From assembly GCA_002633005.1 (NCBI GenBank), contig NMRA01000172.1, positions 709,950 through 773,949 of the forward strand: a DNA stretch of 64,000 nucleotides, read 5' to 3'. Every line of letters starts with the position of its first letter. Within the stretch, counting starts at the first letter, position 1. Of this stretch, positions 1-11,849 are shown piece by piece. The notes beneath the pieces are model-generated. The model saw only the letters and a list, made by a program, of their open reading frames with translations, was not told where the DNA came from and did no database searches. The DNA comes from Phoronis australis. Taxonomy: Eukaryota > Animalia > Phoronida. Position numbers and translations under genes: made by a program.

Positions 1-212
1 TGAATCAGCGCGGCTTTGCGTGATTTTGCATTTCACATCATAAAGAGTTCCATAGCAACTCGAGTATGAGTGTCAGATTTGAGTACGTTTGGAGTCTACT
101 CGAAATACGATATTAGATACGCTTTTTTGAGTACGACTCCAGTGAGCACGATTTTGAGTATGAAATCTCGAGTATGAGTATGAGTCTGAGTACGGAGATT
201 GGAGACCGGGCC
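1..212 (-). mobile_element. End of non-autonomous PIF/Harbinger-type element (continues off window)
   Basis: Reverse complement of 29813-30024 (4 mismatches in 212 nt by eye); ends in TIR ...GATTGGAGACCGGGCC followed by CAG (CWG target site). Confidence 0.85.
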
Positions 213-2749
213 CAGGTTTAACTGTTGAATATGACAGACTTGCATGATATAGGTGCAACTAAATGATGCCGCTGTGTGCATTCACGACGCAGTTTTAAAG
301 CGAAAATGTACTATTTTCAATATTCTGTTTTACGACGACACAAGATCAAACGTAGCAGGGGTGAATGAAACAATTTTTAAGGGGGGTCGTTCAAGGACTT
401 CTTAAAAGGGGGGACTAAGTCAAAAGTTTGAAAATTGTAGATTTGATATCACTAAAATCAACGGAAAAGGTGGTATGGACCCCTTGGCCCCCTTGGATCC
501 GCCTATGCGTAGACCAGTACGTGCTGGCTGGTGTCCTGCGGATTCCTCAGAATACGACTGGTCGAGTAGACTGTCATCGTCGGAAGCGCTACGGGTTTGA
601 CTGATAACAACATCTTCTAATTCTTCTGAGTTCCACCTCCTTTGGTTTCTGATTTAATGTTGCCAGGAATGGGTCTTGCTCCCCCTCCTTTCAGTTGGCC
701 GCGAAAACAAACACTAAAATGGCACGGAAATAAATTTGGACATTTATCATGTTTCGGCTAATCGTGAGCATGTACTTTAATGTGTGTCCTTGTGATGGGC
801 ACAGATATTACATTTTTCCTCATGAGAAAAGCTTTTAGACCTTTGTTTGCCCTGATTCTACTAGTATGTGCCATTGTATACCCACGTGATCAAGATTTCA
901 TTGAAGCACTTCGATAGTTTCTTTGTTGGGTTAATCCAGATTGACACAGCAGGGAGGCTTAGATACTTTAAACCTGATTTACTAAACCCGCTCCCTGGTC
1001 TAACAAAACTAGGCTTTCGTACTTTTAAACCATGTTGTGGAAATGAAAGTTAGGTCTAAAATTAAACCAGGTTTAGGAAGACCAGGTTTAAGTCTTGAAC
1101 CTGGTTTTGTTAAACCACCTTTACGCTGTATGTGTCAAATGAATTGAAACCACAATAATTTTGAATTATTAGCAGAGTTAACTGCACAACGCGCCCACGC
1201 GTCAGTAAGCGAAGTATTTAAAGCTGGCTCCCATTTTTTCAGTTTTTGAATTTTTGTGAAATTGGTTAATCAAAGCCTTATAGACAAATTTTCCATAGTC
1301 TCGGCGAAAGTAAGATACTTGAAAGTATTTGCGGAATGTTTGGCAAAATAATTTCATTTTTTATTTTTTACTCTAAGATATTCACGTAATGTTTTCCTCA
1401 AGCCGTAAAATTTTGTGAAAGGTGGAGAAATCCATGTGCACTACAGATTGATCATACGTCATCACGGCTCCCTCCCTGTGAGTCTAAAAAGTCATAAACA
1501 TACACCGTAATCAATTTTATGCCACTTTCTATAGTACAAGTACCTGTTACGTCTATAAGCGATAGATCTCTGTGTAATTACGTTAAGTGGTATCGTCTTT
1601 ACAGATTAAATCTATTGATCTAAGAATAATGACAAGTTTGCTAGTATCGCTTTCACCACTTAACCTACCAGGCCGCATTCCCATTAGGGGAACTTTGGTT
1701 TACAATAGTTTCATCAAAGCTTCGTTTACCTTCGCCACTTAATAGCGATTTCCATGTTATCGCTATGACAGCAGACGATGCAGTTCATTTTTCCCTCAAA
1801 CGAATATTGAGTAGTGGGTTTGAGGCTAACTGAAAATTGTTCCCCTGTCATTTAAGTGTGTTTATGAAAATGATTAGTTCAATTCTTTATCAGATATGAT
1901 TTCTTTTATTTATTTACGTCCGTCTATTGAGATCACGTCGGCTACGCTGCAATAACAAAGAACAGGTTTTGCGAGTCTGCCATCTTCGTATATCGCTGTC
2001 GCGATCACTACCCCGAGTGATTAAAAACCCATGAAACGTCCCGTTTTTAGTTTTAGAGCTATTTGATGGTTTATGTTTATGCTATAAACATAAACCATCA
2101 AGAACTGACGAAGGGGATTCTATTGATATGACCCTAATGAGATTCGGTTGAAAACTGGCGGAGTAGCAAAAAGTTTTATTGACGGTATTTTTCATAGGAA
2201 TAACCAACACCGGAACAAAAGAATGCAAAAAACATGCCACGCATGCGCGGCGCAACCTCAGGAACGTAAGATCGAAGTTGGCAATCCAGGACTAGAGTTT
2301 TATTGTGCAAAGAATAATAAGAGACAATTCACGTGTCCTTTCGTGTAAGCGCATTATTCACGGCATGGACTGCAAACGTTATGCAACATTGTAACATGAA
2401 TACTAAAACAATATAAAAAGTATAATATTTTGTAATATGAAATATCTGATGGACAACAATGGAAAATGGCAATAATCAGATGTAACGTGCCCACATTTTG
2501 AGGACCAGTTTGATGCCCATTATTCAGTGGACAAGACTGGTTCTCAAAATGTTGACACATTATATTGGACTATTCACATAGAAAACTAACCCCACGGAAA
2601 GATTCCACATCTCAGTTGTTCTTGCACAGCAAAGTGCCAGCCAAAAAGTGACCCTTGCAATAATTCGCAGTTAACTGGCCTTTTAGTCAGTAAACACTGC
2701 CAATAGAGGACCAGTCATTCAGTAAGTCAAGAAATTAGATTATGATAAT

Positions 2750-3530
2750 ATGTCATTGTCGCCGTGCGTTAAAAAGCGGAATATTTTGATGGTGTGGCGG
2801 GAAACTAAAATAAAAAGGTGGAATAGTCCACCAAGAGCTGGAAAATTGGCCAGTACAAAGTACGCTGTCGGCAACAAGTATTGACTTGGATTTTTACAAG
2901 GCAAATTTTTCATTTCTTAAATATTATTGCGCGCCAGTATAGGTAAATACTGCATATAACAATGACTGCTAAGAAATCAAATTTAAAAAAGTGTTTAGGC
3001 GACAGGTAAGCACTGCATTAATTAATTACAATAGAAACAATTGAAAACAGTAATAATTGATGTAAACACAAACACACACACACACTCAGCTACGCAAAAA
3101 TGACTTTTTTAAACATACGTAAACACACCTCCTAGTATAGGGCCTAAACTTTTCATTTATAATTACACAACAAACACTCAGATAAATGTCATGTTGAAAA
3201 ACTTCTATTATGTAATTTGATAGTCTTTTGAAAGTGGTTCTAAAACTTCAGATGAAAAGATATCAGAGGCAGACTATTCCCGGTATTTGGCCAAACCACG
3301 CGTCGTCGGGTGCGTACATGTATAAAGAACATGGTCAATGTAACAGTCTGGTTTGTTGACTAATTTTGCCGAGGAATCGATGGTTGTCTAAAATCTAGCT
3401 CAAGAGTCTCGCTTAATGAACAAAACTGTCAAAATGAAAATGAAGGCTTGGTTTGATAACAACACTCGATCAAACCTCAGTCGAGCAGACTGCCGGAAAT
3501 TTATAGTCAGTCCTGAGTGAGCTCTGAAAG
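2750..3530 (+). repeat. Interspersed repeat family B with internal (CA)n tract
   Basis: Colinear similarity to 50460-51295 (minus) and 44965-45330 (plus), e.g. shared AGAAACAATTGAAAACAGTAATAAT just before the CA tract and CAAAATGAAAATGAAG...CTCAGTCGAGCAG. Confidence 0.75.
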
Positions 3531-3859
3531 AAACTGTGAAAAAAATGACTAAAAATCTCTGGACTTGCGATCTTTAGGTGCGGCAGCCTGGCCACCTGTT
3601 GATTCACATGACGTAGTGAGTAGGGAACAAGAAGATCCCGAAGTGATTAAAGGCCTTAGTCTTCTTAAATTATTCACACGCTTCGTGATCAATGATAAAA
3701 CCGGGGTTTGGATCAGATGTGGACTTTTTACACTATGGCAAGATAAAATAAAAGGGATTATACAGTAATCATCGATTTGAAGAGATTGGTGCGAGTGAGC
3801 TGGGTGATACTATAGGTAGTTTAGTTAAAAATTGTCGAAGAAATAATGTTGTAGTCGAT

Positions 3860-4510
3860 GGGACTGACGTCATTGCCGCAGAATGAAAAACCGGGTGACT
3901 CGGGTACGACTGTTGTGAATCTTTGTGTCCTGTAACGTCCGTGCTTAATTCCTTCCTCCCAGAAGCAAGCCCAAGAATCAAGATCGACATGTGTGTGTAT
4001 GTCACTGAAAATCTGACGAGAAAACGGACTGGACTAAGCGCTTGATGTTGTCGCCTGGGTGAGCAGCTCACTGGTCCGAAGGTGCACTAGTCCGAAGGTG
4101 CACTAGTCCGAAGATGCACTAGTCCGAAGGTGAACTAGTCCGAAGTTATACATTTAAAGCGTTCGATTGTCGCCTGGGTGAGCAACTCAATGGTCCGAAG
4201 GTGCACTAGTCCGAAGGTGTACTAATAAAGCGCTCGATGTTGTCGCCAGGGTGAGCAGATCACTAGTACGAAGGTTCACTAGTCCGAAGGTCTACTAATA
4301 AAGCGGAACTAAGCGACAAAGCATTAACATACAATTTCTGTCGACATTGTAGCGAATGTAGATCTGCATTTGAATCGCACAGCTTTTCAGAATATTAGCC
4401 CGTAGCCACTCAAGGCATGCTTTGAATTTAAGTTCAATTTCGGTCGCAGAAAATCTGAATGAAGAGTACAATGTATTAGTATCCGACGGCCGGAGTATAA
4501 TGCACTTGAC
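3860..4510 (+). pseudogene. Possible very decayed fragment of an SMB/Mth-like GPCR paralogue
   Basis: Scattered translations GYDCCESLCP (~3903), TYNFCRHCSEC (~4327) and EEYNVLVSDGR (~4461) occur in the same order as GDCCLDFFANCP, YRNHFCAQC and FSVLSNGE in the intact GPCR; interrupted by the 16-bp array. Confidence 0.3.
4037..4302. repeat. Higher-order tandem repeat built from 16-bp CCGAAGGTGCACTAGT units
   Basis: Three blocks, each starting AAGCG..GAT(G)TTGTCGCC.GGGTGAGCA and followed by 2-5 copies of the 16-mer. Confidence 0.9.
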
Positions 4511-5020
4511 TTTCTTAAAAAGTCTGGCGAACAGGAATTTAGAATTGGTTTGTTCTTTCGGTTGCGATAGTAGGTAGCGCAAATTCAAAAAGTGTGAATT
4601 AATCAAAAAGTTTTTCCATCATCCCAAAATATTAATATTGCCTATTGCTATTTACAAACCTCTGTTCTACTGTACTGAAACATGAATGTATAAAGCCACA
4701 GTCATGCCCGCCAGGACGCCCGACATTTTATATAATAGTTATCAATATTGATTGTGACACACTTATTATATTTGAACAGCCTCTTACGTCATTAACAGCT
4801 TTATTATTATCCAAACTAAAGACAATTTTCACAAAAAATAAATTGCTTTTTAAGTTGTTCTAAAATCGCATAATATCGTTAATGTTTTTACAAATGTGAC
4901 ATCTGTTCGCATATTACAATTCTTAATAAACATAGATTATTACATGGCGAAGTCGTTATCCCCCGTTATCTAGAGCCCGAGTTGATTTTGGAGCATTATC
5001 ACCCGAGGGGTGTTAAATCG

Positions 5021-5919
5021 GAAAATGCTTGATTTTTAGAGTAAAAAACAGAAAAATTTTCCTGGGCGGGAGGGGGGGCAAACCCCCTTTCCGACCTCCC
5101 CCCATTCGGTGCTATGCGCATCTAATCGTGCTTTGCGCAAATGTTTTCAGACAAAATGTTGGGCTTGTGATATCCTAGATCCGCCACTGCCTTATAGCGT
5201 CTATAAATTAAAAAATTTTTAAACATAGAAAAAGAGAGAAAAAAACGGAGAACGTGTCAAACATGAAAACCTGCAGTTGACACAGAGTTGAACTAACGAA
5301 CTTGCAGATTAAGCGCACGTTCTCTGCCACTGCACCACCACGACTTCACTCACAATTTGATAAGAGACCTACATGTACTTGTTTATGGTCCACAGCGTTT
5401 GTGCGCGAAACCTACTGCTTCTTGTAATGCTTATTACACTGTTTATATTTTGTGCAATTAGTTTGTAACAAATTTGTTGTATTTAAAATAGTCTTCAATT
5501 ACCCAAAAGACCAAATCCATTTTTGTGTAGGCAATAATGACGCGATTGCTTTGGAAATCGTCTTAAAATAAGGTTTGACAAAGAGAGAATTATGAGTTTC
5601 TGAGTGATTCACTAAGGTTTCGATTAAAATTCACATCTTACTAGCAGCTTCTACTCAGATTCCATTTTCTTTAAAAAATGAAGTAATTTTCTTCATTGCA
5701 GACGACGGAAACGGAGTCGTAGTGCGCAGCGCCACTGCCGGTCGCCTGGGATATTGCGTGAGAGCCTATACTTAGCCATAGTTTCGTAACGATTGAGCCG
5801 TGTTCCGCATTTGACACTTGAAATTGGATCTGAAAATCCCGNTCCCTACGCTCTTGCTGTTTTAGTTTTTTTGCGGCAGCCAAGGGGGGGCCTGCCCCCG
5901 CCCCCTAAATTCGCCTATG
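5021..5919. mobile_element. hAT-like non-autonomous element (family M) with its left ~170 bp inverted
   Basis: 5021-5189 is the reverse complement of the left end of the copies at 22987 and 60744; 5230-5746 matches their body in direct orientation; ends ...TAAATTCGCCTATG like 28785. Confidence 0.75.
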
Positions 5920-6256
5920 AAAGGTGACCTCGCTAATGTAGCCTTAAGACATTTCGAGTTACAACAATCGGGTACTTCTGATGAAGAACTAATCATTATT
6001 GCAAACTTAAGTGACGGTGAGTCTTAACCTAAGGTGGCTTAGAGTCACTTCTGGTCTCAACTTGGTCTTTGCTTAGATTACAGAGACTAAACATGTTTGG
6101 AAACAACCAACAGGTAGTTATTGTTTTGGACCAAGCTCTACATTAGCTTTACACTGCAAGTGTAAGTGCTCAAATGGAGATAATGGGTCAAATAGACATA
6201 ATGAGTCATTATGGAAGTAATGGTTAAAATGGACGTGTAACATGAATGGGAGGTTA

Positions 6257-6450
6257 GGGGCGGCTATAGCCCCCATTTTTTTCAGTGCTGCGCCACCCAT
6301 GGTCTATATGCGGCGCACCACAGGGGGGCTGCGGGGGCTATAGCCCACACTTTTTTCAGTGCTGCTCCACCCATTGTCTATAGGCAGGGGAACCACAGGG
6401 GAGCTGGGGGGTTATAGCCCGCCACTTTTTTCAGTGCTGCGCCACCCATG
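6257..6450. repeat. ~74-bp tandem repeat, about 2.6 copies
   Basis: G(C/T)TATAGCCC...TTTTTCAGTGCTGC(G/T)CCACCCAT recurs at 6263, 6337 and 6411. Confidence 0.85.
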
Positions 6451-6823
6451 ATAGGTTAAACCAACGGCCATTATGCTGAATTCATCACAGTTGGTAAAAT
6501 TGAAATTAATGGCCATTTTAATCATCGTTTGTGGAATACAAATTATTTAACGGTAAACTAATGCGTCAAGTACAACGCCGCTAGTGAAAACATATGGATG
6601 TAGAGTTTGAATATGAAATAACTGGTCAAAATAGACCCAATGTGTCAAACAAACATAACATGTTAAAATTTACCAATGGCTCAAACTAGAAACAATGGAT
6701 TAAAACGGACATGTAGGTAATGGATGACAATGGGCGCAATCAGTCAAAACGAACATAATAGGTCAAAATCTGCACACCGTCAGAAAAGACGGTGGCTTAT
6801 TTATTCCATACGTCCCCTAATAT

Positions 6824-6840
6824 TCCACTTTTTCTTACAG
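6824..6840 (+). promoter_or_regulatory. Splice acceptor 65 nt upstream of the GPCR ATG (5'UTR intron)
   Basis: Polypyrimidine tract TCCACTTTTTCTTACAG ending in AG at 6839-6840. Confidence 0.6.
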
Positions 6841-6905
6841 GGACAGGTGACAAGAGTAAGACACTGCATCTGCTAGCCACGTAGTTTACAGAAAAACTCC
6901 CGGAG

Positions 6906-9560
6906 ATGTTCACACCATTCCTACTTCAATGTGCTATTTTATCTAGTGTGTTTGTTTGGGTAAAACCTGAATTCTCCTCATTTTATGGTTGCGGCAACAG
7001 GACCGTTTATGATGTGCAACTTTATACTTCTCTGGCAAAACAATGCCTCAAAGATTCGCCGTTACTTACATGTCGTGCTGATGCATGCGGATCAGCTGTT
7101 CAGAAACCAGATGGAAAAAAGTCTAAAAGAAGAATAAATCTGTTTAAACCAGGTGCACAACCACGCCGCATTCCATTATGCTCATGTGACTATTTGTGCA
7201 TCAGGTATGGTGATTGCTGTCTAGATTTCTTTGCTAATTGTCCAGATCACGCAAAAGACGTTCTTCCAACGGAATGCTTTAAAACGGTAACCTCTTCGAA
7301 GACTTACACTACACTCATGGTGAACAAATGCCCAGATAAGTTCCAAGACGACAAGATTGCTAGAGCTTGTTTGAACACTGACGAATCTATAGTGAACAGA
7401 ATTCCAGTGAGAGACGGAGTAACAGGAATACAATACAGAAATCACTTTTGTGCTCAGTGTCACGATGCTACCCATATGAAGTTTTGGAACTTTTATGTTA
7501 CGTGTTATAACAATTCTGAAGGTTCTGCTGAAACCAGTCTTCAAGAATTTATGCATCGCTTGAATGACCCTCTTTGCAATTTGACTATGAAAGATACAGC
7601 TGGAGTATACCGTTACTGTCATCCAGAAATTGTCCGTGATTGTCCTCGTGGCTGCAAGTCAAATGACTTGGTAAATCGCTGTCGATCGTCGCCATCATTG
7701 TTGGTGATAACTAATAAAATGTACTACAAAAATTACTATTGTGCAATCTGCAATGACCCGCGAAACGTAGCTGGCATGACTTGCAGCGCCACGGCGTGGT
7801 CACACACCTCTATTGTCCCAACGTCGCCTAAACATATACTGTGGAAATTTTCATTCTCACTTCTTCTTGATGTGAATAAAATTGGAAAATTTCGTGTCGG
7901 TTTGTCCAAATTTTTAGGTTTGAAAACAAAAGGCCGTACTTCCTCCATAGCTGAGTGCGATTCGGTTAATCTGAATGAATGCAAGTTTTCAAGGTGTCAA
8001 AAAGACTACATTTTGCAAAACGGGGAGTGTGTTCCTCACTATGCCCAATCGTCCGTGCGAATAAACATACAATACATTCCTACTCAAGAAAACAGAGTAA
8101 CGACACAAATAGGAAGGAAAAAATTTAGGACGGAAACCACCCTCTTTATTGTGAAAGGCCTGGAGAAGTTGTTTGACATAAGCTCGAAACCCAGCTTCAA
8201 ACTAAGCGTGGAAAATCCCTCATTTGGAAGTAATTACTCAGCCAATCAGATTCTTCTCGACATCACGTTCATGCAGCAAATAAACAAAAACAACTGCCTT
8301 TCACAGAAAAAACATAAAGCAACGAGGTACGAAAATTTGAAATCTCTCCTGAAATCGTTATTTTCATCCAAAGACCTTGGCCATGTGCTATCAGTATCCA
8401 TGAATGCAAGTGATTGTTTACCAGCAAATACCAAGCTTATCGAATCCATGAGCACATTTAGATCACTGAACGAATCAATGAGCTCATTTAGATCGTTGAA
8501 CGAGTGCACTAACGAGACAGATTATGAAAGTGCTTTCAGTGTACTAAGCAACGGTGAGGTATTTCTACATGGTTTTGGTGGATCGGTGCCTAAAGCGGAT
8601 GTGCGTATGGTGAACGATTCCTTGATCGTCTGTCTCGACAATATCCAAACACATAGGCCTACCCAGAATACGCCGGCTTTAGGAATATTGACAATAGTGT
8701 GCTTTTCTGTTTCTGAAGTGTGTCTTCTAATTCGCATCCTCATCCAACCAATTTGCTCGGTGTATCATACATTTCCAGGAAAACTCCAGTTTTGCTTAAC
8801 TTTACAGTTATTCCTGGCTGCTCTGTTCTTCCTTCTACGCCCAGTGGTAAGCTTTATTCCCTGGTTGTGTGAAACGTTTGCAGCTCTCACTCAATGGGCT
8901 TATCTTTCAGTTTTCGCGTGGAAAAATGTGATTGCCATAGACACGTGGTCTACATTTCGTTTGAAAATACGCCATGCGCCTCAGAATGATCTCCGACGTC
9001 TGTTCGCGTCGTGGTGTTACGCCATTCTTGTACCTGGCACAGTAACAGTTGTATCCGTTATTTTCGACTTTTCTGATGTCGAAACAAGTTTTCAACCCAG
9101 TTTTGTTGATGGTGAACTCTGCTGGTTTACACAAAGGAACGCATTTTTGATTTTCTTTGTAGCTCCTGTGACAGCTCTTATTTTGTCCAATATCATCATA
9201 TATTGTCTTATTGCACAACTCCTTCACAAGTCGCTTAAACTGTCCAAGACTGTTACAAATTCGAAGAAAGTTTCAACAAAGAACGAGTTCATAATGTACT
9301 TGAAATTGTTCATCCTACTCGGAATGACGTGGATTTTTGGATTCGTTGCCATGGCAACAAATAATGAGGTTGTCTGGTATATTTTTACAGTGCTCAATGC
9401 GAGCCAAGGCTTATTCATCTTCGTCGCGTTTGTCAGTACACGTCGCGTCTTGAATGCATTAGGATTAGGAAAAACAACTCGCCTCTTTAACCAAACGTTT
9501 TCACCAAATTCTGCATCCAAGTCAACAAGCTCGTTAGGAAAGTGTTCGACGCGACTGTGA
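6906..9560 (+). CDS. Somatomedin-B / Cys-rich ectodomain Methuselah-like family-B (adhesion-like) GPCR, 884 aa, single coding exon
   Basis: Long uninterrupted ORF: signal peptide; SMB motif CSCDYLCIRYGDCCLDFFANC; two CP...C...YxNxxCAxC modules; FSFSLLLD motif; 7TM with family-B3 hallmarks (GKLQFCL, WxNVIAxD, CWF, KLFILLGMTWIFGF, WYIFTVLNASQGLFIFVAF). AATAAA at 9633-9638. Confidence 0.93.
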   Translation: MFTPFLLQCAILSSVFVWVKPEFSSFYGCGNRTVYDVQLYTSLAKQCLKDSPLLTCRADACGSAVQKPDGKKSKRRINLFKPGAQPRRIPLCSCDYLCIRYGDCCLDFFANCPDHAKDVLPTECFKTVTSSKTYTTLMVNKCPDKFQDDKIARACLNTDESIVNRIPVRDGVTGIQYRNHFCAQCHDATHMKFWNFYVTCYNNSEGSAETSLQEFMHRLNDPLCNLTMKDTAGVYRYCHPEIVRDCPRGCKSNDLVNRCRSSPSLLVITNKMYYKNYYCAICNDPRNVAGMTCSATAWSHTSIVPTSPKHILWKFSFSLLLDVNKIGKFRVGLSKFLGLKTKGRTSSIAECDSVNLNECKFSRCQKDYILQNGECVPHYAQSSVRINIQYIPTQENRVTTQIGRKKFRTETTLFIVKGLEKLFDISSKPSFKLSVENPSFGSNYSANQILLDITFMQQINKNNCLSQKKHKATRYENLKSLLKSLFSSKDLGHVLSVSMNASDCLPANTKLIESMSTFRSLNESMSSFRSLNECTNETDYESAFSVLSNGEVFLHGFGGSVPKADVRMVNDSLIVCLDNIQTHRPTQNTPALGILTIVCFSVSEVCLLIRILIQPICSVYHTFPGKLQFCLTLQLFLAALFFLLRPVVSFIPWLCETFAALTQWAYLSVFAWKNVIAIDTWSTFRLKIRHAPQNDLRRLFASWCYAILVPGTVTVVSVIFDFSDVETSFQPSFVDGELCWFTQRNAFLIFFVAPVTALILSNIIIYCLIAQLLHKSLKLSKTVTNSKKVSTKNEFIMYLKLFILLGMTWIFGFVAMATNNEVVWYIFTVLNASQGLFIFVAFVSTRRVLNALGLGKTTRLFNQTFSPNSASKSTSSLGKCSTRL

Positions 9561-10495
9561 AATCAGTACCCGAGGAGTAACCAGTTTAGTGTGTTCAAGT
9601 ATGTGGATAGTAGCAGTGTTTGGACTTTTGCAAATAAATGTGCGGGGCCAGCGGGGCCAGTTAGTCTGAAAATTTACAGGCACGGGTGCCAAGTTAACTT
9701 TTAAAAGTTACTGGCTGGGCCGCAAATCCACTGGCCCGGGGACAGCGTGTTTTTCGAACGCTCGATTGTAGCATTCTCTGTGAACCATCATGAGCATTCA
9801 ACAGATAGAATATCGTATTAGACATTCCGTTAACGAGCTTTGCCTGGAATAAATTCATGTAGAGTATACATGTAGTGCTCAATTAATAGTTAAGTTGTGA
9901 TTAACATAGATGTAAAAGAACGTGTTAGCTTAGGTGAATTGAAGATTCATGAATGGTCAACAATAATACGATAATCCTTGATTTCTTTGTACCAGCAAGA
10001 GTTCTAAAGAGAACAACATCAAAGCCTTCGGATTTCCCAAACTGTTGCATAGAAATTTATTCGTTCTAGTTGCAATGACTTTTACATGTATGTTGGCTGG
10101 AGTAACCGTGACTAGTCCACTCTAACATTGCGCTGCAACAGGGTACGAAGACTGTCTTGCACTCACGGACGAGCGTGAACCTCTCCAATCAAATGATCAT
10201 ATATCGGTCTCAATTTGATAACCTTAGTAATAAGTACTATGGAAAAAATCACTTTTTATTGCATGGTTGCCAGAAATTAGATTATAGTTGTAATGTTTTA
10301 TTACTCTAAATCCTTAATGATTTCACTTGTATAAATTTCCTAGTCAATAATCAACTGATTTAATTTCTACGTATGTTGAACTTTTTGATTTTTGTTGTAA
10401 TGTGTTAGTCCGTTAATTCCGTATGATTCCCATTTTGCTTTTGGTATTTTCTGTAATTAGTTATTATTATATTCCTAGTTTAATACTTTATCGCA

Positions 10496-10646
10496 TATAT
10501 ATATATATATATATATACATTAACATGCATAAAAGTGTGTGTGCGTGTGTAAATATATACATGTATGTATATGGATATAATGTTTCGTTCTCTGGGACAC
10601 TTCTCTGTTGTACCATTATTGTATTGTATTGTATTGTATTGTATTG
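10496..10646. repeat. (TA)n, TG-rich and (ATTGT)n microsatellites
   Basis: Direct inspection. Confidence 0.9.
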
Positions 10647-11849
10647 TCTTAGATGCTTGTGTTGCAATAAAGAGATCGGTAATGAACGCTTGCAAGGATA
10701 TCTTTGAGAAACTTTCCCTGTAGTATACAATAAAGTGTGCTAACCGCGAAATATGCATTTCTCAGCTACATGTATAGCAAAATATTACACTTTACTAACA
10801 TTTTCATGAAAAAGATAAGATTTGCAAAGACACTTGAACACGCGTATATCGCTTACCATCTAGATGTGTTTATATGCAAAGTACAAAATGTGTGTATGAA
10901 TATTGTACGTATGTTTAACTCTAGGTTACACCTATGTTGAAATGCGGGTAGTAATTACGTCGAGGCATGATCCGAGTGAAATATTTTTAGTAACCATATT
11001 TAAACATACGTCTTACAACCTACTTAAATTGATGTACGTAAGTGTACGATATTTTCATAACTATCGGTATGTATTCATTAGTCTCATTTGGTGAAAAGCA
11101 GTGTTTATCTACCTTTAATTGTTATTTCATGTATTGTCTTCAGATAACACGATTTAAAAAACGAGAATGATCGCGAACTTGCATGAATGGGAGTTGTCCT
11201 ATACCATTACAATTTTTTCGTTTTCCTGCAGAACAAAACATGAACAAATCCGCAATCAGGCAAAATGAAAACACAGTTGGGTAACACTGATAGAAAAATC
11301 GCCAAATACCTTTCTTTGAAATTCTGAAAACTCTGATAGCAAAGTGCTCCAGGTGATTTTTGGTATTCTGAAATATTACGATAAGAACTTGGAGTTTTTG
11401 TTGAATATTTTAACGTTCAGGAGGACAATGAAATTCGGGCACTTCAATCACACCGGGCAGCCTCTTGAAACTCGGGTACCAGCCCCTATAGCAGCCTACC
11501 AAGGACCCCGGCTCCTCATCCTTTGAAAGTGTGCTCCTTATATGCATGACCCTACTAAAATGAACGGTTTCCCAAAGAGGGCAATAATAAAGTGGATATT
11601 GGCTCTCACTCTCACTTTCTTAAATAGATGGTTTCCGATGCCTACATTTCAGGATTTGGCAAGCCGCGGTAACCTATATAAGTGTAACCGGACCCATCAT
11701 ATATAGGTGGAGCCTTCGTGCAAGGCTGGCCTCTATACATGTAGTCTTTGGTGTACCAAGTTAAAAACAGAAACTTGGCTGTTCAACCTTTACTGACAGG
11801 TGTGCCCACCAATAATCATATTTTAAATAGAAACACTCATAACCGTTAA

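Noticed and set aside
7221-9520. Several antisense ORFs of 73-133 aa
   Set aside because: Shadows of the GPCR coding strand with no recognisable motifs.
10423-10758. Overlapping ORFs rich in Y/I/C (also 45189-45469 and 35253-35627)
   Set aside because: Products of microsatellite or minisatellite translation.
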